This document shows, in pieces, positions 55,500-64,000 of a stretch of DNA of 64,000 nucleotides. The translations under genes were made by a program, and so were the position numbers. Source of the DNA: Octopus vulgaris (taxonomy: Eukaryota). A model generated the notes under the pieces. That model searched no databases and was not told where the DNA came from. It saw only the letters and a list, made by a program, of their open reading frames with translations. Numbering within the stretch: position 1 is the stretch's first letter; every line of letters starts with the position of its first letter. The stretch is from assembly GCA_951406725.2 (NCBI GenBank), contig OX597821.1:30380001-30444000 (forward strand), given 5' to 3'.

Positions 55500-57860
55500 T
55501 GGTAAAAATCTTGTCCGTTTTGTAAAGGACACGGCAATATATTGCATATGATTGCGTGAGAGGAGATTTCGCAGAATCTTTCCTCGGGCAAGCGTGTGTC
55601 TAGGACGGGATGTCCTTTGGAACAAATGATTTGTTGATTTGACCCCGAGGTTCACAGGAGGCATGTCATTCATATACAAAGTTCGTTCTTCAGTTTCTAG
55701 GTCATCTGGAACAAGAAAACGGTGCGTCGTAAAAAATCTCCGCCGAGGTGTATCACAAGCCCTCCTTGACTGCTGAATGGCAGCCCAGAAGAACAATAGG
55801 GAGTTATTTACTCCAACGGCCTGAGTCAGGATAGGCGTGCAGCGCGGCCTCTAATTGTCGATGGGATCGTTGCGCCATGCCATTAGAAGCTGGATGATAA
55901 CTTGTGGTATTATGCGCTTAGCGGCGATAATATTTGATAGCTCAGTGAATAGCTATGACTCATCTTGCCGACCACGATCTGTTGTGATGATAGCAGGAAT
56001 ACCGTAGCACGATGTCCAACCTGCTACCAGGGATCGCGCTACAATTTCCACAGAGATATGAGTTAGGGGTTTAGTTTCCGGGGATGTTTTCGGTTTGAAC
56101 GGCAGTTTTTTCTAGCGGTGTTATATGAAATTGTCACCCATAATTATGACCCTAGTATTGATCTATTGCATTTTAATCTCTTTTATGTTTAGGGTTAGTT
56201 AGGGTTAGGGTTAGGGTTATGGTTAGGGGTTGGGGGAAGGGTATCTTTTTTTCTTCACAAATGTAAATAAACCCAATCTGTTTCTTAAACGAGGGACATA
56301 TTCATACAGCACAGAATGTTGTTTACCTCAATGGACGTCAGTGATTGGTTGAAATTGCAGAAATTGAAGAAAAACACAACAACAAATATCATACAAACTA
56401 TAGAATTTTCTCAATGAAGCCAAGAGAAAAAGATATTTTATAAACACATTCTACCAGTATACGAAGTTTAAAATTTTTTAGTTACCTAGAAATATATGTT
56501 AAAAACTGCCGGTCAAACCGAAAATATCCGCATCGGTCACTGCATAAAGCAATCAACAAGTTACACTTGCTGATGATGCTGCTGTTTCAAAACTGCGCCG
56601 ACCGGTGTTTTCCATACGTCAACGACCAACGAAAGCTGGACATCAGGCACAAAGAAGGTAGGTAAAGAAGCGTTAGCTAACAATTGTTTAACATTGTTAA
56701 ATGTCACTAGCTGAGCCGAGTCGGGAAAAATAGCTTCATCCTTCGTTTTTCTGTTTTGAAGAAGATCAGACGGGGCGAATATGAAGTCTGCACATTGTGA
56801 GATAAGACGCAGATAATAGTTCAGAAGATTTAGGAACTGTCTAAGCTGTTACAAAGGAGTAGGTGGAGGAATATCTTGAAGAGCTTTAATTTTCTCTGGA
56901 AGTGGCGATATGTCGTCAGCATTGATGACGTGGCCCAAAAAGACGAGGAAGCACCAAAAGCACACTTCGCAGGGTTGATGCGAACTTGGCATTTTTTAAA
57001 ACGTTCGAAGAGCTGAAGCAGGTCAGCTACATGTTCCTCCGTGGAAGATCTCGCGACAAGGAGGTCGTCGATATAAACATATACGAAGTCTAAATCACGG
57101 ACGACCTCATCCATAAAACGCTAGCTACATTTGGTAGTTGCATTTTGTGCTAGCTGCATTTCATAATCCACTCGAAAAGGCGTGGTAGCAGCAGTCCTCG
57201 ATATATCCTCTGAGTGTACTGAAATTTAGTGGTAAGCTTTCACCAGGTTCAATTTTGAGAACAGTGTACGTGGAGCGAAGAAGCGAAATCTAGTATGTGC
57301 AAAATGAGATATCGAATCGGAGCAGTAATGGAATTTAATGTTCGGAAATCTCCAGTAGGATACCAGCCACTGGAGTGTTTTGGGATCAAATATTAGGGAC
57401 TAACCCACGGGCTGGTAGAAAGTATTATAATTCCTTACTACAGCTTATGCCGTAGTTTTTGCCGTTTACATTATTTCGGAAGAGAGCCGACGGGGACGAA
57501 CAAAAATAGGACCGCCCTTAGTCTCGATGAAATATTTGGCAGGGTGCGTGGGAGCACTCGCTTCAAAGTTTAAATTGGTTAACTCCGGAAAGGAATGTAT
57601 GTGTGACTCATGTGGGTCGTTCAAAGTCGCAATAAAAAAACTGGACAAATCAAGTGGGTTAATGATCGACACCCAGGAATTGAAAGGTCCGTAGTTTTGT
57701 CTAACAATTGACCTGCACGCATATCCACCAAAAGATTAAAGTGGTGCAAGGAAATAGCGCCTTGTCTGAGATATGGTAGATCCGCGACGACGAAAAGCCA
57801 TGCAAAATTTCTGCGAAGATTCAGATTCGGTAGGTATGCCAGAATGTTTGACAACTTGCA
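55500..57860 (-). mobile_element. Gypsy/Ty3 pol remnant (protease, RT, partial RNase H, integrase)
   Basis: NFAWLFVVADLP, RPRRLS, SPWVSP, TGDFRTLN, FSKLNLVKAYH, VYVYIDDLLVA, GIPAIITTDRGRQ, TTSYHPASNGMAQRSHRQL. Confidence 0.92.
56082..56529 (+). mobile_element. GGATC-MITE copy 8, inserted in Gypsy integrase
   Basis: Both TIRs; the integrase reading LVDCFMQ*P | PETKPL continues across it. Confidence 0.93.
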
Positions 57861-58099
57861 GACTACTTGACTAATAAGTCTCTCGTGGCTGGTTTACCAA
57901 AAACATAGAGTACACAGGTTTGTTTCTAATATGATGCATTTCTTTAAAATGAAAAGAAATTGTGTAAGGCAATACACACAATCTTTAGGTATGCCGTATA
58001 TAAGTTTAAATCTCACGGGGATATCTAAAATGATAATCCAAATTAATAGGTTAACACTGTCTTGTATGTTGCATTTGAGTTCGCTAATAATAAAGGTAA

Positions 58100-58660
58100 T
58101 TTAGAGAAGTAGGACGAAGCTCATCAACAATCTGAAATTCGTTGATGAACTAAAGTGATGTGCTGCAAATTTCCTTCAATTTATGATTATCCTTAGAATG
58201 GTTAACTATCATTAGCATCGTTAAACATTTAAGAAGAGACATTAACATGTCATTCGGATTGGAAAATTACGAGATGTTGGCAGCGAAATGAAGTATATTT
58301 TGAAGGGAAATAAATAATTCGGAATTTCATAGAGGAGAGTCAAAAGCGGAACTTGAGAACTCTATGTTCGGCTGATGAATGTATAAGTGTAAGTCAAATG
58401 TAGGTGAATATAAATGAGAAATGCAAATCTTGACAATCAAAACATTTCAAAAGACTCATTTATACAGTAAATTTATCATTGTTATCGTTAACAAATAGCA
58501 GCGCCAGATATAAGATATGGTTACATTGTAATGTACAGATCGTAACTGATACATAACTCATAACATCACAAATACTCTACAGAAATGATACTTTACAAAA
58601 TAATAGCCGGTAATAAACATTAATGCCAAGAAGAGAGGAAGTGGTGGTGGGGTAATAGTT
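58100..58660 (+). mobile_element. R4/Dong RT fragment
   Basis: LINNLKFVDELK*CA (YMDD region), IVKHLRRDINMSFGLEN, AAPDIRYG, LMPRRE. Confidence 0.65.
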
Positions 58661-59429
58661 GATATCAGGGAGTAGACGATATCGGATGTTCTCGGCGTTG
58701 CTAACATAAATATTTTCTTCTACGTACCATTGTTATCTATGTTCATACAAGGGCTCGGTGAGATATCCTCTATGTAAATTGTGTTTCTTTGAGAAAAAGC
58801 AACCATGTTTATAAAGAAGAATATAATGTATAACGTATTCTTGGATACACTAAACTGAAATGAGGTGGTCAGGGCTGGAATGTCTTTGAATATAAACCAG
58901 ATTTTGAATATAAATCAGAGTTTATACAAGGCTGTTCAAAATTTCGTTGCGTTAATGATGTAGATTATTTTTGAAAACGATTTATTGTCACGTAATATGT
59001 TTCATCGGCGTGTAGTGAGGTATGGTCTCACTGAGAGCAACTGATGCTGGTTATACTGATTTCCAATGATGCTAGATTTCAGTTGTTTTATGAACTTCAA
59101 TCTGAATTATTTTCATATTTTAATTCCTTTGTACTGAAGTTACATCCCGCGTGTCCCTGTCTTTTTTCCAACTGAAATATACTCTTCTTGTTATATAATT
59201 GTGTATCGTATTTTAGAGAGCTCCTTGTGGCATAATATTTATTCAGAGGCACCTATGTCACTGGATGAATTATGCTCTGAATTAACGAACCCCATTGTCT
59301 ATATTGGTAACTGTGGTGTTCTCGTCTTCGGTGAAATCTTTCGCAGTTGAAGTGTTTCCACAGAAAATTTAGTTTTCTGAAATAAAAAAAAAACTGTTTA
59401 TATTTTCCTGATTAATATGTGGGCGTGAT

Positions 59430-60140
59430 AAGGTGGTGAACTAACCAAATCGTTAGTGTGCCGAGTAAAATGTCCAATGCATTCCGTCCGTCTTTAATTC
59501 TGAGATCAAATTCCACCGAGGCCGATTTTGCAGTTTAATAATTCGGCGTCGATTAAATAAATACCAGCCGAGAACTGGGGTCGATGTAATATAGTGACCT
59601 ACAGCTCCAAGAATTGCTGGTCTTGTGCCAAAATTTGAAGTCGATATTATTTTTCGAGGATAAATTTGCATGTATTATTTATAATCAAATAGGCTAGGGA
59701 TGTTATATTTGTATGTCGGTTTCGGTTCTTTAAGTTGTCATACAAAGTATCATGCTATTATGCCTTTTAAAAACAGCAATATCGACCTCAGTATTTAATT
59801 GAAATAATGAAATAATGAAAGGCAAATCCGACCTGGACGGAATTTGAACTTAAAACGTAAGGACGGACGGAATGCCGCTAAGCATTTTGTCCGGCGTGCT
59901 AACGATTCTGTCAGCTCCTTGCCTTAGGAATAAAAATAATATTGTTTTCAAATTTTGAAACACATCCACCAATTCCAGGGCGGAGTAAATCAATTACATC
60001 TACTCCAGTGCTCAACTGGTATTTATGCGATCGACTTAGAAAGGTCTACAGAAAGTAGAGACGGACGAAATGCAGCTAAGCATCTTACACAACGTGCTAA
60101 CAATGCTGCCATCTCTACGCGTGCTAACAATTTTGCCATC
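59430..60140. mobile_element. Cluster of degraded Nin/Deu SINE pieces in both orientations
   Basis: Head and core motifs at 59430-59640 (+), 59815-59925 (-) and ~59990-60140 (-). Confidence 0.7.
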
Positions 60141-60236
60141 TCACTACAATTCCTAAAATTGTAGTAATATTGAGTATAAGTATATTGATGCATGAATATT
60201 AGAAAATGAACATCCATCAATATATGAAGCGTATGA

Positions 60237-60588
60237 GGATCTTTTCGGTTTGAACGGCAGTTTTTTTCTAGCGGTGTCATATGAAATTGTCACCAATAAT
60301 TATGACCCTGGAATCGATCTATTGCATTTCAATCTCTTTTAGGGTTAGGGGTGGGGGAGGGTATCATTTCCCAAACTGTTTCTTAAACGAGGGACATAAT
60401 CATACGGCACAAAATGCTTTTTGGCTCAATAGACGTCACTGATTGGTTGAAATTGCAGAAATTGAAGAAAAAAACAACAAATATCTTACAAACTATAGAA
60501 TTTTCTCATTCTACCAGTAAACGAAGTTTACAATTTTTTATTTACCTAGAAATTATGTTAAAAACTGCCGTTCAAACCGAAAAGATCC
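60237..60588 (+). mobile_element. GGATC-MITE copy 9 (internally deleted)
   Basis: Both TIRs; perfect TSD GCGTATGA. Confidence 0.96.
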
Positions 60589-61457
60589 GCGTATGATAAT
60601 AAAATGCAAAAATATTAGTTTCCAAACCTATTTAACCGTGCAGCATTTTTACTTTAAAACTCGGTGTATTTGTGTATGAGCTTGAGAGGGAGCAAGAACA
60701 TTACAAGGAGAAAATAATCACTTAACCTATAAATTAAAAACAAAATAAAAGCTACAAGGAAAAATGTTCTGTAGAAAACAAAATACATATAGACATTGTA
60801 TGTCGTGGGCTGACAGCGTCAAGTGTGTGTAATGGAAAAGAAGAGAGAGTGGAAGAAGTGTCGTATTACATTTGACATATACGTCTCGTTGAAGGAGGTT
60901 TTCTCGAATACCTATATGTCATTCTGACATCAAACATACATGCACACTTACACACACACACACATGCGCATGGACACAACGTACACACATTATACAGTCA
61001 TCCAGATGTGTGTGTATACTTATGTAAATATATGTATATACGTACATATACACATGTCATTATATATACATATATATATATATATGTATATGTGTTTATA
61101 TACATTTGTAAATATATATATGTATATCTACACACACACACACGCAAACAGATACACAAAAGCAAAAAACACACACACATATATATTTTATGTATGTGTA
61201 TGCTTGCGTGTGTGTGTTTATACGCGTGCGCGTGGCATCTGTACACTTATGTTTTTTTTATTTGGTGTGTGTGTAACACTTATGCACTGACTAATACATT
61301 GTAAATTTTGGAGATTTTCTTGCGGCACTTTTTTCAGTTCTTATTTTATAATTCTTCTACAACTGTCTCTTAAACTTCTCTACATATGAACCCCATTTCA
61401 CTGAACAACGCGTTAGCCACGTTTTCTCCATGTTTCGTCGCACGAAACCTATAGATA

Positions 61458-61973
61458 CAGTAAATCCTCGAGTATAATCCGCATTTTTTTCCCAAAATTT
61501 AAAAGTCAAAATCCTTAATGCTTACTATATACGAGCTTAAAAAATGAAAAATACTTTCGAAGAAATGTCCGAGTCTCTATTTACCGTCGGGCAATGTTTA
61601 TTCAGACGCATTTTGTGACGTCAGGCGTTTTTCCACTCGTCTTTAGCTAAGCCTGAAGGCAATGAAGTCATAAAAGAATCATTCATAGCTTGCAGTAAGC
61701 AACATTTATTAAACGTTATTACTGTTATTTCTTTATTTTCTGCAAATAAAATGCACAAAAAAGCTACATGTTTGCATTATGTTATATATACAATAATGAT
61801 AAAGGACGATACCGTATAATTTTTTAAAAACCAAGGATGTTATATAGACCTCCTTTACTCAAGTTAGAGAAAGGGTGCGTATTATACACAAGATTTATAT
61901 TTTTCAGAAGTACAGCCCCTAAAAATCCTCTGCGTATTATACTCAAGGGCGGACTATACTCGAGGTTTTACGG
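61458..61973. mobile_element. Tc1/pogo-superfamily non-autonomous element
   Basis: TA|CAGTAAATCCTCGAGTATAATCCGC ... GCGGACTATACTCGAGGTTTTACGG|TA. Confidence 0.85.
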
Positions 61974-62519
61974 TAAATGTTTAACAGAATATTTAAATAC
62001 AATAGAAAGTATTTTTGTGCAGTGTTCTAAAATCGGAACCCGGATAGAACGATGCTCTGCTAATATTCTACATGAAACATTAAAATATCTTCAATTAGAA
62101 GTATTGTACCTCATCTAAATCTTTTCTTTCTAGGAAATATTACTCAGCTCTCCGTAAGATTCGGCACTGCCCAGAATGTCTCTTGAGATCACAATAGTAG
62201 AAGTTGTTCTTGTTTCTGATGCGGGATCAAGGCCAGATAGTTCAAGCGAAGGGAAATAATAGATGCTGCCCGCACCAATACGTAACTTGTGCCATATTTT
62301 ATTGAACGCGTTTTGTTGAATAGCAAAGTTGACCCTGGTTGGACTCGAAATCACAAGGTAATAACTGCAGGGTATGTAAGTTGTTGCTCTGCTGATTCTC
62401 ATATTGAACAAACAATAAAAATAAGCATACGAAATTAGTTGCTGTTGTAACGGTAGGAGAAACCGAAAAACGATGTATAATTAAAAACCAGAACTTAGAA
62501 TTACTTAACTGGCAGGAGA

Positions 62520-63245
62520 ATGTTTTGCATGGTAGATTTCCAAAGATAGTAGCAGAAATTAGGAATAGTGAGACATGTCAGAAGCAGCACAAGATCAGGC
62601 ATTGAGGATTAACCAGGTAAAAATCAAGACAGACAAACATCAGGTAGATTCTCAAAATAGTTTGTATAACTCAAAGAAAGAAAATGTTACTCATATAGTT
62701 AATGAATGTAGTATGCTGGCATAGAAAGAATAGACATGACAACCTAGGGAGAATAATCCACTGAGAATTATGTAGAAAGTAAGGACTCTAGTTAAATGCG
62801 AGACAGTAAGAAATATAACATGTGGGATTTTAACATTCATGCTGACTGAGTAACTGAAGATAGAAAGCCTGATTTAGTAGTATACGAAGAGAATAGTAAG
62901 TGCCATGTAGTTGACTTTACAGTCCCTTAAATGAGAAAGACAGTATCAGTCTTATAGAGAAAATTGCAAAGTACTAGGACCTAGCCATTGTGGTCCAGTG
63001 TTTATCGAAAGTGCACGTAAAACGTATTCCTGTAGTTATAGGTGCGTAAGGAACTATCCCTAAAGACATGAACATATGAATAGAGGAAATAGACATAAAG
63101 CTTAGTTTAGTACAGATACAGATATCTCTTATCAAGGACAGCTGGGATACTTAGGAGGGTGCATTGCGTATAAGTTTACTTGTTGTAGGACGACGTTAGG
63201 ACTTTTTCTTCCAAAATCTAATGTGTTGTGCGTAAAAGAAATAAT
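62520..63245 (+). mobile_element. R4/Dong LINE 3' end
   Basis: LHGRF, AAQDQALR, ENVTHIVNECSMLA, RHDNLGRIIH, WDFNI..RKPDLVV..VVDFTVP..EKIAKY*DL, IPVVIGA*GTIPK; runs into (TAA)n. Confidence 0.85.
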
Positions 63246-63671
63246 GGATCTTTTCGGTTTGAACGGCAGTTTTTAACATAATTTCTAGGTAACTAAAAAA
63301 TTTTAAACTTCGTATACTGGTAGAATGTGTTTATAAAACATCTTTTTCTCTTGGCTTTATTAAGAAAATTATATAGTTTGTAAGATATTTATTTATTTTT
63401 TCTTCAATTTCTGCAATTTCAACCAATCAATGACATCAATTGAGGTAAAAAACATTCTGTGCCGTATGAATATGTCCCTCGTTTAAGAAACAGATTGGGT
63501 TTATTTACATTTGTGAAGAAAAAAAAATACTCTTCCCACCACCCCTAACCCTAACTAACCTTAACCCTAAAAGAGATTGAAATGCAATAGATCGAAACTA
63601 GGGTCATAACTATGGGTGACAATTTAATATGACACCGCTAGAAAAAACTGCCGTTCAAACCGAGAAGATCC
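63246..63671 (-). mobile_element. GGATC-MITE copy 10
   Basis: Both TIRs; perfect TSD GAAATAAT. Confidence 0.96.
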
Positions 63672-63672
63672 G

Positions 63673-63700
63673 AAATAATAATAATAGCAATAATAGTAAC

Positions 63701-63748
<48 letters not shown>
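63673..63748. repeat. (TAA)n tract (tail/target of the Dong element)
   Basis: Direct. Confidence 0.93.
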
Positions 63749-63754
63749 CATTTC

Positions 63755-64000
63755 TGCTATCTTTTACTTGTTTCACTCAGTAGACTGTAGCTATAATGGG
63801 GCACCACTTTCAAGAAATTTTAATCGATTGGATCGACCCTAGAATTTTCTTTAAAATTGATACTTATTCTATCAATATCTTTTGTTAAACTGATTTTTTA
63901 CAAGGACATAAACACACCAATACCGGCTATGAGGCGGTGGTGGTGGACAAACATAGACACAAAGACACACACACATATACGAGGGGCTTCTTTCAGTTAC
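63755..64000 (-). mobile_element. CORE-like SINE 3' part, degraded, cut by the window edge
   Basis: CTTTTACTTGTTTCA..GCACCAC..CTTATTCTATC..ACACCAATACCGG resembles 22440-22700. Confidence 0.7.

Noticed and set aside
56074-56537. MITE-mediated deletion of Gypsy RNase H, suggested by the poor TSD
   Set aside because: The integrase motif reads through the MITE (VDCFMQ*P|PETKP); the deletion breakpoint is ~35 bp away.

Overview
AT-rich, repeat-saturated eukaryotic non-coding DNA. The SINE families and microsatellite load suggest an octopus (coleoid cephalopod) intron or intergenic region; this is an inference. I see no intact host gene, and nearly all listed ORFs are microsatellite artefacts. Recognisable content: ten copies of a ~420-bp MITE (29-bp GGATC TIRs, 8-bp TSD, internal TTAGGG repeats); a head-to-tail Helitron pair; decayed Chapaev3-like, mariner (DD34D) and maT-like DNA transposons; pogo-like MITEs; R4/Dong, RTE and Tx1 LINE fragments; a Penelope-like RT+GIY-YIG element; a deleted Gypsy pol; and three SINE families. 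The most notable signals are three hammerhead-ribozyme motifs (one fully canonical) on the minus strand at 41.3-42.5 kb in short units separated by (TA)n, a SINE that repeatedly inserts into one site of its own family, and a possible decayed IgGFc-binding-domain pseudogene at 48.2-49.1 kb. Translations and folds were done by eye, and boundaries without TSDs or TIRs are approximate.
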